In this document: positions 11,121-23,844 of the stretch, one piece after another
Position numbering within the stretch: the stretch's first letter is position 1
Layout: each line of letters opens with the position of its first letter
Assembly (NCBI GenBank): GCA_048013815.1
Contig: CM106585.1
Span: 4,278,001-4,342,000, forward strand
Direction of reading: 5' to 3'
DNA from: Setoptus koraiensis
Taxonomy: Eukaryota > Animalia > Arthropoda
DNA: 64,000 bases
The notes under the pieces: generated by a model
The model's database searches: none
The model's input: the letters and a program-made list of their open reading frames with translations, nothing else
Told to the model about the DNA's origin: nothing
Translations under genes and position numbers: made by a program

Positions 11121-13022
11121 ATGAACACAAAACTATCGATAAGAAAACGCCAGATAGAAGTGGCAGAGGCCATGCTGCATCTCAACGCCGACTCACAACC
11201 AGATTGGAAACTACTCATTTACGACAATGTGGGCCAAGACATACTATCGCCATTGTTCACCATCAAGGAGTTGAGAAATCATGGCGTCACATTACACATG
11301 ACCATAGATTCCGATCGTGATCCCATTCCGGACGTTGCTGCAATATACTTTCTATTACCTACAGATTATAACATTGAAAGGATTTGTAAAGATCTAGAAA
11401 AGTGCCTCTACGATTCATATTATTTTAATTTTATCTCCCCCATATCTAGACAGAAACTAGAAACCATAGCCAACGCAGCCTTGCAGTCAGAGTCGGCTAC
11501 AAATGTCAAAAAAGTCTATGATCAATATATAAACTTTGTCGCATTAGAAGATGATCTATTTATACTAAGGGAACAAGATAAACAATCAATATCGTATCAC
11601 GCCGTTAACAGAACAGACGTTAGTGACGGAGAAATTACCAAAGTTATAGATTGTATTGTAGAGTGCCTATTTTCTCTTTTAGTCACCTGTGGTGTTGTGC
11701 CAATCATTAGGTGTCCAAAAGGCAATGCTGCCGAAGTAATAAGTGAAAAATTATGTAAGAAAATAAAAGAAAACTTGAGAGACTCAAGGAATAGCCTTTT
11801 CGACATTCAGGAAAATTTGCAAATTGGCGGCTCCTTAGTTACACTACAGAGGCCCCTGCTACTGATAGTTGATCGAAGTATAGACATGAGTACTCCCTTG
11901 CATCACACTTGGACATATCAAGCCCTAATTCATGATCTACTGAATACTAGACTCAATCAAGTCAAGGTAGCAGAAGGCGAACCTCCAAATGTTAAACAAC
12001 AATTCTATGACCTCAATCCTGGTGATAAATTCTGGCGAGAGCAGAGAGGTAGTCCTTTTCCTCAAGTTGCCGAAGCAGTGCAAAAGGAGTTAGATGACTA
12101 TCGTAAGAACGAAGACGAGGTGAAGCGACTCAAAACTACCATGGGGCTAGAAGGCAATGTCGGCGATGAGGCCTCACTTTTGCTGTCGGAATCTACGGCC
12201 AAGTTGACAAACGCCGTTAGTTGCTTGCCGGAATTATTAGAGAATAAAAGGGTCATCGGAATGCACACCACTATAGCTACAGCCGCACTAGACGAAATCA
12301 AGAACAGAAAATTAGATAATTTTTTTGAGATAGAAGAAAAAATAATGAGTCGTGGAGTTATAGATAAGATGATGCTCGAGGACATGCTAACAAATGCTAA
12401 TTACGGGTCGCTTTCCGATAAATACCGTCTCTTCCTCATTAGTTACATATGTGACCATCCAAGTCTAACCAATGAGGAATATGAGAGATACATGACGATA
12501 ATGGAGGGTTTGGGTTGCAATAGGGCCGCCTTTGATTATATCAAACGCTGGAAAGCATTTTCGAAGATCAATGTGACAAACATGCAATCAAGTTACCAGA
12601 GTAGCGGAGGTGGTACTAAGACAGTTAACATGTTCTCTAAGCTTATGACGCAAGGATCACAGTTTGTTATGGAGGGTGTGAAGAATCTGGTTCTCAAAGA
12701 ACACAAGCTACCTATAACTAAAATTGTGGACTCAATCATGGATGGAAACCCCAAAGCCAGTCCGGATATTATTGATTACTGTTACCTAGATCCCAAGGCT
12801 ACAAAAGACACGCATGATGCCCAAAGAAAACCATTTCGCGAGGCGATCGTTTTTGTAGTGGGCGGTGGTAATTATAGTGAATATCAGAATCTTGTCGACT
12901 ATTGTCAATCAAAGTCTAAAAATATCAGTTCGAGCGGAGGGACACGACACATAGTTTATGGTTCCACCGATTTAGTAAACGCAAGCCAATTTTTAGAACA
13001 ACTTCAGAGTTTAGGTAGTTAG
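11121..13022 (+). CDS. SCFD1: Sec1 family domain-containing protein 1 (Sly1), 633 aa, single exon
   Basis: WKLLIYD..GQDILSPLFTIKELRNHGVTLH, RDPIPDVAAIYF, DMSTPLHHTWTYQALIHD, EAIVFVVGGGNYSEYQNL are Sly1/SCFD1 motifs. Confidence 0.97.
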   Translation: MNTKLSIRKRQIEVAEAMLHLNADSQPDWKLLIYDNVGQDILSPLFTIKELRNHGVTLHMTIDSDRDPIPDVAAIYFLLPTDYNIERICKDLEKCLYDSYYFNFISPISRQKLETIANAALQSESATNVKKVYDQYINFVALEDDLFILREQDKQSISYHAVNRTDVSDGEITKVIDCIVECLFSLLVTCGVVPIIRCPKGNAAEVISEKLCKKIKENLRDSRNSLFDIQENLQIGGSLVTLQRPLLLIVDRSIDMSTPLHHTWTYQALIHDLLNTRLNQVKVAEGEPPNVKQQFYDLNPGDKFWREQRGSPFPQVAEAVQKELDDYRKNEDEVKRLKTTMGLEGNVGDEASLLLSESTAKLTNAVSCLPELLENKRVIGMHTTIATAALDEIKNRKLDNFFEIEEKIMSRGVIDKMMLEDMLTNANYGSLSDKYRLFLISYICDHPSLTNEEYERYMTIMEGLGCNRAAFDYIKRWKAFSKINVTNMQSSYQSSGGGTKTVNMFSKLMTQGSQFVMEGVKNLVLKEHKLPITKIVDSIMDGNPKASPDIIDYCYLDPKATKDTHDAQRKPFREAIVFVVGGGNYSEYQNLVDYCQSKSKNISSSGGTRHIVYGSTDLVNASQFLEQLQSLGS

Positions 13023-14254
13023 GTAGCGAGAAGGATGAAATTGTGTTGTAACCTAAAGATAAAATAATATCTAAAGCATTCTTATATTATTGTTTGTTCA
13101 AGTTTCCGAGCATCTTTTTAGATGATGGATATTTGCCCAGTCAACATTTGTTGAACATGATTGAAATATCATGAGGAGTGTTCTTTTTTTTTCGTCACGG
13201 CTAAAATCATTGATCATGTTGTTGCCAGAAGTAGAAGCTACACATGCATATTTATCGAGTAGCATAATGAGACAAGATTCGGGTGACATCGAACATAGGC
13301 TGTACATGTTGTATCTATTACGATATTGTGCCATTACTTGTATGGTTTATGCTTGTCATTGTACACTTCTTGCACGTCATCCGATATGCATCTTAATGGC
13401 TGCCAACTCGCTTGGGCCCAATTAGATGATGAGCGATGTATATACATTATAAGATGGTATTATAGCCACCGTCGCTGCTAGCATGGTTGCTACTTATATT
13501 ATGTAACAACTAAAGTAAAGTGCTGCAATGCGTGGCTTACTGGCGCATAAATTTGGCAAGCGAGCTGTCTATTGTAGTGCATGTTGTTGTTGTTGTTGTC
13601 GCGGCCTTGTGTTATGGCGTGGCGCTGCTCGATAGGTGGTAATTTAATCATGACAGGCTTCATGTGACAAAAGAAAAGATGCATCGTACAAGTAAATAGT
13701 GCCCCGATGAAAGTATCTAGTTAGCTGGCTTGGTGGCGCAAGTGGCCATTAATTTTGTTGTCGTTAGTCGCTTGGTTTGGTTTGGCTTGGCCTGGCCTGG
13801 GCTGGCTTGGTGAAGCCGATAGTGGCAGCTCGCAAGGTGACCAGCCAACGTGCACTGATCGACTGCTGCTTTTTTCGGCGCACACTTTCCACGAACAAAC
13901 AAACTCACACAATTTCCACAAGATATATACATTCACAATGTCAGTATATTCAGTACACAGTATATAAGTTACATAATATAACACTCACTACTTACATCAG
14001 GTGATGGTGGCGGCAGTATCTCGATCACTACACCACTACCTGTACTGTGCTACCTGGCGTCGATGGTGATGATAACAGTGGGCAAGGGAGGCAGAGAGAG
14101 AGAGCATATGCTAGTTAGCATTGTTGGATATACTTCTTTTGAGCAACACAACAATAGTTTACAGCCAGTGTGTATTTTTTATCATATGTAAAATTATCAT
14201 TGGACATTGCCTAAATACACCTGTGCAACAATAACTGCGGCACCACCATCCACA

Positions 14255-14375
14255 ACAGCAACAACAGCAACAACAACAACCGCAGCAACAGCAGCAGCAA
14301 CAACAGCAGCAACAACAACAACAACATCATCATCAACAACAACTACGGCATCAGCAGCCACAACAACAGCAGCAA
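14255..14375. repeat. (ACA/GCA)n microsatellite upstream of TPD52
   Basis: Imperfect ACA/GCA triplet run; produces spurious Thr/Ala and Val/Ala ORFs. Confidence 0.9.
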
Positions 14376-14773
14376 GAGTGACCAATAAACTACGGTGCTC
14401 TAGTGCTGGCAGTCAATTCTATCGTCATCACTATCACATAATAGCGTTATACTGTCATCAATTTATTCTTTGCCCACTGCTAGTTGTCGTTCGCTCTCAA
14501 ATATCACCAGTTTACAACACTATTTATACCAACCAGCAATAATTTATTATTATCATATTATCATCATTAGTTATTATTATTATATTATTATCATTAGTTA
14601 TTATTATTATTATTATTATCTAACGAGCGCATTATTATCTAACGACTGACAAACAAAAATAACAACAGACACGAAATATTGCAACAAAACGTTCATTGGA
14701 TCGCCAACTAGATAGATCAATAACAATTATTAACAATTATTACAGTAGCAATAGTAATACGGTAGCAGCAGAC

Positions 14774-16166
14774 ATGGATTCGGTGAACCAGCAAGAGCAG
14801 CTCAAGGCTGACAACGAGGAATTGAATAGCTACAATTTGCAACAATCCGATGCCCAATCAACGTTCACTCTGGAGGGAATGGACCCAGAGCAACGCGAGA
14901 AACTCGAAGAGGAACTCAAACAAGAATTGGCCAAGGTAACCAAACCATTTGCTGCCCTTATCATCCTTGATGAGAATATCCACAATCGTCACTGATACTA
15001 ACCCAAAATACTCCACTCTGAAATCTCTCGTGTATTTCCACAAACAATGCACGAACAATGCACAAATAATGCACAAACAATGTCTCTGTCCAGACCGAGG
15101 AGGAGATCCAGACCCTGAGACAGGTGCTGGCCGCTAGAGTGAAGCACTCAAATGAACTGAAACGAAAATTGGGCATAGGCGTCTGGAAAGAATTGCAAAA
15201 TGATCTACAACAAAGTATCAAAAACGTTCAGGAGACCACAGCGTACGTATAGCACACGTCGAAGTCGGTTTATACGAGATATCGCCTCAACCGACGCCAC
15301 GCTCGATCCCATGTATTTTCGCCTACTCACAACCTCACCACAACTCACTGTCAGCAGCTCATATCTCTTCAGTACATCCTGTCCAATATGTCTTAGAGAG
15401 TCTGAAGACTAATCTAGCCACCCAGACAATCTATTCACACTCGTCCATGTGTCTCAATTGAGCACAATTGTCAACATGAGCGGGGCCTCTCCTTTTTAAA
15501 TTATTCCCCGCCCCATTCAAACTGATGATCATGGTGCCCAATTCAAATGTTGGCCACCACGATTTCACTCGAATCAATTCCATTCAATTATTTCCACTAT
15601 CGTAACATATCAACTAATAATCTAGCTCTCTAATAATCTCTTCTAATTGAACTAACCTCTTCTATTCAACTAACCCCTATTCTCATCGTCATCGCCACTA
15701 ATCAATTAATTGGCATCTACTGTTAACAATCGCCAAAACAATCTATCCTATAGTTCTGGTCTGGGAATATTCAATTCTCCGTAGGTGTCCTCTTTGATTT
15801 CATCGTGGCCCATCAAAGCCAAAACAAAACTACATGTAGCTCCATTAGCATATTTTTTTGTATGCCATACCATGACGCAACACCACCAGCTACAACAAAT
15901 TAACACTGTTTGTTTTTCCTTTCTCTCTACTCACGCATATCACACACAGATACCAAAAGACTAGTGAAACTGTCAAATTTGCGGCCGAGAAAACAACTGA
16001 TATTTTTGGTTCTCTTGGCGACAGCATTGGAAGAAAATTGGTTGACGTGAAGAACTCATCAGCATTCAAATCATTCGAGGAGAGAGTAGGCTCGGCTGTG
16101 GGCACTGTTAAACCGGGTTCTACCAATGTCACTGTAGCCAACGAAAACAATAATAACGTTAATTAG
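14774..16166 (+). CDS. TPD52: Tumor protein D52 family protein, ~175 aa (exons 14774-14935, 15094-15242, 15950-16166)
   Basis: EEELKQELAK|TEEEIQTLRQVLAARVKHSNELKRKLGIGVWKEL..NVQETTA|YQKT..KNSSAFKSFEERVGS is the D52 coiled-coil signature; GT-AG junctions in phase. Confidence 0.92.
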
Positions 16167-18583
16167 TAATTGCACTTATACTTTAATGTAGTTACACGCA
16201 TAAAATAATCGTCAATTCGAGAATCACCCAACCAAACACACAGCAAATCACAACAAAAAGTGAATCCATTTAGTTACATCATATGTACCAGCAATAGCTT
16301 TTCTTATAGGTTTTCGTTTGACAAAAGTAGCTATTGTGAATACTAGGTGGTCTCTCAGTTCAATTGATTCATTGCAACCATCTGACATTTTAGATCTGAC
16401 GGCTCTTATATCTAGCAATACAATTGTAATTCTATGCAACATATTAACTCAAACATACGACAACCACAACATACGACAGAAACATTTGTATTCGGAGGCA
16501 GGGACCGCATTAGATTTGCAATCGATCGATATATTTTTTACCCTTGGCAGATCCCAAGAGAATCATGGCACAAAATATAATTTGATTATGTTATAACCTG
16601 GAGAATAATATATAAAACATTATATACAATTGTTTTGATCCGCGGAGCATATAGATTGGGTAGATTTTTTCAGAAATGATTTTCTTCGAATGATATCTGT
16701 TGATATATTAGATGTCTAGCACATCATCAGCGCGTACACTGTGTTTGTTTCACTGTGATCGGTGTCAGCAGGGTGATCTATAAATATCTACAGACGACAG
16801 TAGGTATATATTTGGTGAATTTATATCTACGCAACATATACAAACGGAGTTATAGGTCAAGCTATTGTAGATTAGTTTGATTCCAAAAATATAACCCTGT
16901 CGGATTCCGGTGCTCAGACCTTCGGCGATAATACATGTGCATCTACGACGACGAGCCCAATAACTTCAAAATGGCCAGATCGTTGGATTTCTACCAGAAT
17001 GCTAACCAACCATCAGACGTATCTGACTTTTACTTTTTTATCAAACCCTAGAGTGGCAGACAAAATCTAGCTAAGTATATTTGATGCGGTTAGACAAAAG
17101 TTTCGGAAAATTTGCAATGAAGAACCCGCATCGAAAAATCCACACGGATTTTCTCGCACTGAATGCCGTATAAAACTTCTAGAAGCTTCATGAAAGCTAG
17201 TTTGTCAAATCAGAAAGAGGCGCAGTCATTCTAGCTTGAAAGGATGACGAGTCGAGAGAAAAGATGACAGAAGACTGACTCGAGTCATCTGATCTGAAGT
17301 GGCGAGAAACAGTTCGCATGGTGCACAGGGCTGGAAAAATGCAAATAAAACGATTCCCCGCGGCGAAGGTCATCGCGTCGCCTATTAAGAGGCAAAATTG
17401 ATTGGGGCCGCTGACGATGTTTCGAGGCCAGAGCAGCGACATTGCTTCGAGTTGTGAAGATAGAATATTTGAGCTTCGAAATGTGCGGACAGAATGACAA
17501 CGATCTTTAGTTGGGCTGCTCGGTGAGCAAGGCAGAAATAAGGGGCATCGCCTCTCTGTTGCCCGTCTAGCCATGGAGCCCGTCATGGCCGGCTTACAAT
17601 CAGGCGAGGCAATTGACATTGCGCTACATGAATTTGTATATTGTGCGTATATATTTGCCAGAAAGTTCATCGGCTGTCTAATTAATTGTCATTTATTTGT
17701 TTGCGCTTGCTACCCCATCAATGGATCTATCTGTTTGTAACCATCTAGGCACTAACTGATTAACGACGAACAGCTACATCACAGTTTGTTGTTTCGTCAG
17801 ATTTGTCTAAGCCTCAGCATCTTGTGCGACGTAATTGTTTGCATTACTGTGAGACACAATATTTCTGAAGAATTGGAGCTCTGCGAAGAACATATTTTCT
17901 GCTTTCGAGCACAGCTAAAATATAGCGAAAAATAGTGCTTTTATTTGCTAGAGCAAATAAACAAAATATGCTTGCATGTACACGATGGCGTTCCCATCTT
18001 GCAACACGGAGGCCACCGTGACAAGACGACCTCGACAAGCGAGAAAAAAGAGAGGGATTCACGCTCGGCGAAGAAGATCGTTCATTAGAGAGTAATTGAA
18101 TATAGATGGATAGATAAACGGCAACGGATAACAGTTTTACCCGCAGCAGCAACTTTAGCCTTTATGTATACGTAAGCAGTTTTATCCTTGAAACAGTGAG
18201 TCATCGATCGGCGAGCCTAATTAGTATATGGATGCAACTATCCATTTGGCTCGTAATCCAATGGATTGGATGGGATCAGATCCATTGGAGGAAGAAGGAA
18301 GGAAGAGGAAGGAGGCCGTTTGAGTTTGCGCCATATCAACGAGAACGAGAACGATTGCTTGCCGAAACAGTGTTAGCTCTTTGTTTCAAGCGAATCTCGA
18401 AACAAAGTTCAGATAATTTGCAACAACAACAAACATTTTTGAAGTTCAGTCCATTGTAGCAAGATACATCGAGTGAGCAAATACTTCCGCAATCTAGTGA
18501 CACTAACAACAAGTTCAGCAATTCTTTGAATCTGAAGATATTCGATACGAAAATCGTCCAACAAATCCACCCAATTCACCACA

Positions 18584-19066
18584 ATGTCGGCTAAAACTCC
18601 AGCGAGCGGCATCAAACCCGGACCAAGACCGGAAATTAAACGACAAGACACTGAGAATGTTGAAAATGAGATGACTAACGTTTGCGACGCAATTGATATC
18701 TACGGAAAGGCCACCAAGCCCGGCGAGAAGGGTCTGGCCACCATTCGATTTGGGGATTTATTCAAGGTAATTAGTATGAACAATAAATGAGAAAGTTGCT
18801 AAAATATTAGTAACCTCATCTAAAATCGCACACTAATTAATTTTCTTGATTTTTCATCTTCTCTTCAGCACCACTCAATAGTGTCAAACAGATTGTTGGG
18901 TGTTCTGATCAAGGCCAGAAAGATGGGCTACATCGACTTCAAGGGAGAGCTTCTACTACAAAACAAAGATGAGGACGAAATAATCACATTGATTAAGAAG
19001 CCTCCAACAACTGTTCAGATATTCAAAAATGCTGTGTTCAAGGCCCCGAGTGTAGACAAGCATTAG
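18584..19066 (+). CDS. Costars-domain protein (ABRA/ABRACL-like), 126 aa (exons 18584-18766, 18869-19066)
   Basis: TIRFGDLFK|HHSIVSNRLLGVLIKARKMGYIDFKGELLLQNKDEDEIITL matches the ABRA C-terminal Costars motif (FGDLF..VVGILMRARKHGLVDFEGEMLWQG.D). Confidence 0.88.
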
Positions 19067-19760
19067 GTTTGCCGGCAGCGAAACAACGCAAGTAAGCAAC
19101 CAAGTCCGGCAGCTGACAATTTCAAGGCAACAGATAATGTAATTGATTTGCAACTCAAAAAAAAATGAATTTTCTTCTAACATTCGCCAAATGTTCTAAT
19201 TGTATTGATTGACTTTGCAAATCACAGCGAACGCAGCAATCGCTGTAACGAAGAAGCTCTGTCATATGAAAAGTGTTACTACAGGCAAATTGAACAAATA
19301 AACAATTTCATTGTCTCATGTGAGCCTTATTTTTCTGGATATAAAATGAAACCCGTTTTTCGCGCCCAATGAAAGAATATTTCACTCTCACAATATTATT
19401 ATGAGCTATATCTATCTAGCGCTTCAAGGTGTAGACTTGTCAGAATACTGCAACGAAATTCATTAGTTCGCCAACTCGATAGAACAAGAATATTAACGAC
19501 AATAGTAAGAGGGTAGCAGCAGATATGGATTCGAGCAACTCGAGGCTAACCGTGCTAATGTGCATGAGAACGTTTGAGTTCGGGACTCGAATTTCGAGTC
19601 GATTCGCATTCAATTTTTCAACAAGACATGATACAATTTATTTGCATTGTTGGTAACAAGTGTCATTATCAAAACATCGACTTGAAATCGGTTCTTGGTC
19701 GAGTCATGGGTTCGATGAAACAGACTTCTTCGGCCAGACGCTTCATATTTGGTCATTTCG

Positions 19761-20472
19761 TCACAATTTCCAGCAATATAGTGTGATAGCCATCGAGAGA
19801 GCTACGCCTAGTACCGACAGCAACCATTCAATTGGGTTCCGATAATGTAACTTGGAGGCACTGTTGCATAAGTCTGCATGACACCAACAAATGTCGTGAC
19901 GAAAGTAAAATACCATGGTACTTTTACATATATGGCCAGCTCTTGGCGCTTCTTCAGAGGCACATTTTCGTCTCCAAAAAACAACCTTTCCTGGAGACAC
20001 GAATCAAAATGTCAGATATAAAATTAATGAGCTGCATATTAGGATAGTTGTCATGATTTGAATTGTGATAAGCCTATTTACCTGTTGCGTCTGTTATTAT
20101 GTATTGCTCGCAGCCGAATTCGCATTCTTCAATTTGTGATAACAATGGACTAAAGTTGCTGTTGCTACATGTGTCTGGAGCATTGAAACATTTCAGTGGA
20201 TTAGGACACGAGGCCAAGTCGAATTGACAATTGAAACATCTTGTTGCATCCGCTTTCGTTGATGGATTTTAGCATATATATATATGAAGTGGAATGTCTG
20301 ATGAGTCTAGTGTGAAACTAGCACTTGGTGATTATTGATCGGCTTCGGTAGTAATATACTCACCTAGTGATCGGCTCTCATCGATAAAATACAAGATGAA
20401 GACGAATATTACAGCACAGTTTTTTTTCAGCTCCTGGAGCAATTCATATCTCGTTGATATCTTGCTGAACAT
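19761..20472 (-). CDS. Ly6/uPAR three-finger (quiver-like), probably GPI-anchored, ~169 aa (exons 20472-20364, 20252-20082, 19990-19761)
   Basis: N-terminal hydrophobic segment, TRCFNC start, Cys-rich body, terminal CWCHADLCN motif followed by hydrophobic GPI-type tail; phases consistent. Confidence 0.85.
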
Positions 20473-21559
20473 GATATTTTTATTCACATTTTGGTTGATC
20501 GGAGAGACCTTTTCGAGGAATAGAGTCGCAAGTGGCCACTCTTTGGTCTGCATGAAAATCGCTATTTTTCGCCATCCCGAAACACCGTCCACTATTGATC
20601 TGGCAGTGCGATGAAACGCTCCAAATGAGTCGACAGATTGCAGCTAATGAGAGTACAACAGTGTTTCGAGCCCATCCAAAGCACACCACTAATTACGATG
20701 AGTCAGTCGCAAAATTGATTGATATTATTTTTTCTAATTGTGCAAGGCAGTAGTGATTGATTTGAGCGTCATCATTGTTTCGAAGCGATCACGCAGCATG
20801 TGAGTTTATATCAATTCAGTGACATCATTGGATAAGCCAGTCGCACATGCTCAGCTCACAATTGAATATGTTACAGTTAAACATGTCACGCCACTTGTTT
20901 TGATTCGTGATGATGATTCGATCGACATTGGTCAGTTCGAAGCGAAGCAAGTTTTTTCTACAGATGACCAGTTGGACTGAGACAGTAAGTCAAAAATGAC
21001 GCGGCTGTGTCAGAGCTAGAGTTTTCAGAATTGCAATGTTTGTGTGTGCAAGAAAGAATCTGGCAACTGTCGGAATCTAACCACATGTCGGGTGCAATCT
21101 CCGACAAAAATCTAAATTAAGCAGATTATCAATAGTTGATGTCGATGATCAGATTTAGAGATTGGAGATAGAGCTAATTGTCTGATGTCACCAGGATTCC
21201 TCATCTTTCGACGCCTTTCTCTGTGAGTTCGATCTGCATGAGACATCGAATGACATCAGTGTGATTTGTTTGGCATTCATCGAGAGAAACGCATGATGTC
21301 ATGTAACAAAAGGCGAGATTTGGACCAGAGATTGAACAGCATATCTGCAATATTTATACCACTGCCATCCAGTATCCGATAAGATATTAGATACGATAAT
21401 ATTTTCATTCGACTGCCATATAAAATGATTCGCGGCATAACCAGCTTCATTTGAAATTATTGATCAACATTTTTCAAATGAATTCTCAGGAAAAAAGTTT
21501 TTTTTCTGTGTCACGGCAGGTAGAAAATCCGATCTCAACTACTGGAAAAAATCGCCACG

Positions 21560-23023
21560 ATGCAACACCAGAAACTCTTTTTGTTTGTGTTTTATTATTT
21601 CGTCAATGTGGCGGTTTGTTTCAACACTCAGACCGATGCAACCACAAGTTTCAGCCGTTATGTACAACATAATCAAACGAATAACAATACTTCCAACAGG
21701 CAGTATGAGCAACGCAAAAGTGTTTCCGAAAAAAATCTCGCCAATATCAAATTACGGAATGAAAAAGTTGCTGAAAGTGTCCACGACGGCGTAAACAAGT
21801 CGACCGGCATGACTGGGGACTTTTTGCAGCAAAACGTTGGATCATATCATGGGCCAAACAGATTATACAAACTAGAAGATGTTAGCAGCAAGGGGAGAAT
21901 AGACTTCAATATTTTGTGGAAACAACTATTAGAAGAGGAAGAATCTACAGAAGACGAACTACTAGACACGTTACCAACGTCTTATAATTATAATGCACTA
22001 AGTAAGATCAGAGATGAAACATCCTGCCCGGCAAGTTGGTCATTTGCCATTATTGGTTGCATCGAGATTTTGTATAGATTATATCGACACGAACATGTTG
22101 ATTTGTCAGTTCAGCGTAAGTGCGAACCCTTCTCTGATATTTTCATTTTTCACAATTACTCGTTTCAACTCATGATAATATATAACGTAATACAACGTCG
22201 AGACAAATTTTCTCATTATGACAACTCGTTTACAGAATTGATTGATTGCGACACTAAGAGCTACGGATGCAAATCAAGCAGGCTTAATGAGCGAGCTTAT
22301 AGTGAGCTGATTCGGTTAGGTAAGCGAAATAGAATAGTGGCAACTTTTTAAGTAACTTCCAGCGAAAGTTTCGACTCGCGCTACAATCATTGATTTTGTC
22401 ACCATTTGAACATTTCATCAATAATGGCAAATGGTCGAACACTGTAAACAGGCGGCCTACAATCGGAAGAAAGCTATCCGTATGTCGGAGTCAAAGATGA
22501 GCCGAGAAGGTGCGAAATGAAAAAAGCAGAAAAAAAGTACACAATAGATGGCTATACGAAATTTCCAGTTCATGATGAGAACAAAATGAAAATCTGGCTA
22601 GTTAAGAGAGGACCGTTCATCGTCAACATTAATCCGAGCAGATTCAGTAATTATGAATCCGGAGTGGCCCGCTGGACTGAGTCAGAATGCTCAAGAAGAT
22701 ACGAGGATGCCACTCATTCGGTAGTTGTTGTCGGCTACGGAACTGAATATGGAGCGCCATATTGGACTGTAGCAAACAGTTGGGGAGTTGGTTGGGGCGA
22801 TAAAGGATTGGCGAAATTATTTTTCGGTGAAAATACCTGCGGTTTTGCCACTGATGGTACAGCACCAATCTTTGAACGTTCACCTGCATCAGCGACAAGA
22901 TGGTGGCAATATGCGCTTTATGTCTTGACCTCAATCGTTTTTTTCTTGCTATTGGTCGCCATAATTGCTGTCGGTGTGATATATTTGAGCATTCGAAAAG
23001 CACTACAATGTCCTGGAGTGTGA
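21560..23023 (+). CDS. Papain-family (C1A) cysteine protease homologue, catalytic Cys->Ser, C-terminal TM helix, 403 aa (exons 21560-22115, 22236-22319, 22452-23023)
   Basis: Signal peptide, degenerate ERFNIN/GNFD pro-region, LSVQQLIDCD, SEESYPY, THSVVVVGYG, YWTVANSWG; active-site segment reads DETSCPASWSF instead of QGxCGSCWAF. Confidence 0.9.
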
Positions 23024-23844
23024 ATTTATTCGAGACATGTAAATTATATAAAGATGTTAATTATTAGTTGTTGATTATATTCTCCTAGCGGGCACCTCCA
23101 ATCATCATAGGCGAACTCTCGCATATCCACTCGAAATCAATTTAAACTGTTAGATTAATCCAACGCACCGAAGTGTCATTAGGAACGCGCTCGGAATGGT
23201 GTGCCGGGATTGGCAGCGTGCTCTAAACAATTATGTGCCATATCTTTCATTTCTTTCACATTTCTGCTGGCGCACTCGTCGGAAATTAAAGTTCATTATC
23301 GCACGTCACCAAACCTGTTTTCCGTCGATACAATCGCTCGCTTTTGTATATGCAAGTATGTCGCGCATCTCTCAATCTCTCGGATAAACAAAGAATCACT
23401 CTATCTCTTTGCCTGCGATCAGTTAAGACAAGCTATTGTAGATTCCTATCTAACTTATTTTCTTGGTGCACCAGCCGAAGCAGAATTCAACGCGAACGTG
23501 ATCATGATAACACGACGAATCGATTGAAAGTCGTTGAAGCGATATTCATTTTGAGAGTCGGTCTTGACAAGTTATCGATAAATCGCCTGGGAATGCGCAA
23601 TTTTACAATGAGTTCCTCAAGCACTGTATCGTTAGGGAGGTTACATCATGAGCAATATCCAGCGAAAATTTTCGTAAATCATCAGCGCGCCAATCGGATA
23701 GCATGACAGTGTCATGGGCACAGAAAGTTTGTAATTATCAAGTTGTTTATATATCCAAAATTAATTGTTCACAATTGTGAATGAGGCTGTACAGCACAAG
23801 TATCCGTCGAATGTTGTTTGTATCCCAAAAATCATCGCACCATT

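Noticed and set aside
13098-13425. Overlapping opposite-strand ORFs after SCFD1
   Set aside because: Short, no motifs, no consistent splice signals
16200-18500. ORFs 17197-17670, 17844-18152 and 16318-16596 as genes
   Set aside because: The region may be coding, but I could not build a phase-consistent model or recognise a family
23201-23706. 108-aa and 120-aa ORFs between the pseudo-cathepsin and NRF-6-like genes
   Set aside because: Non-ATG or weak starts, no recognisable domain
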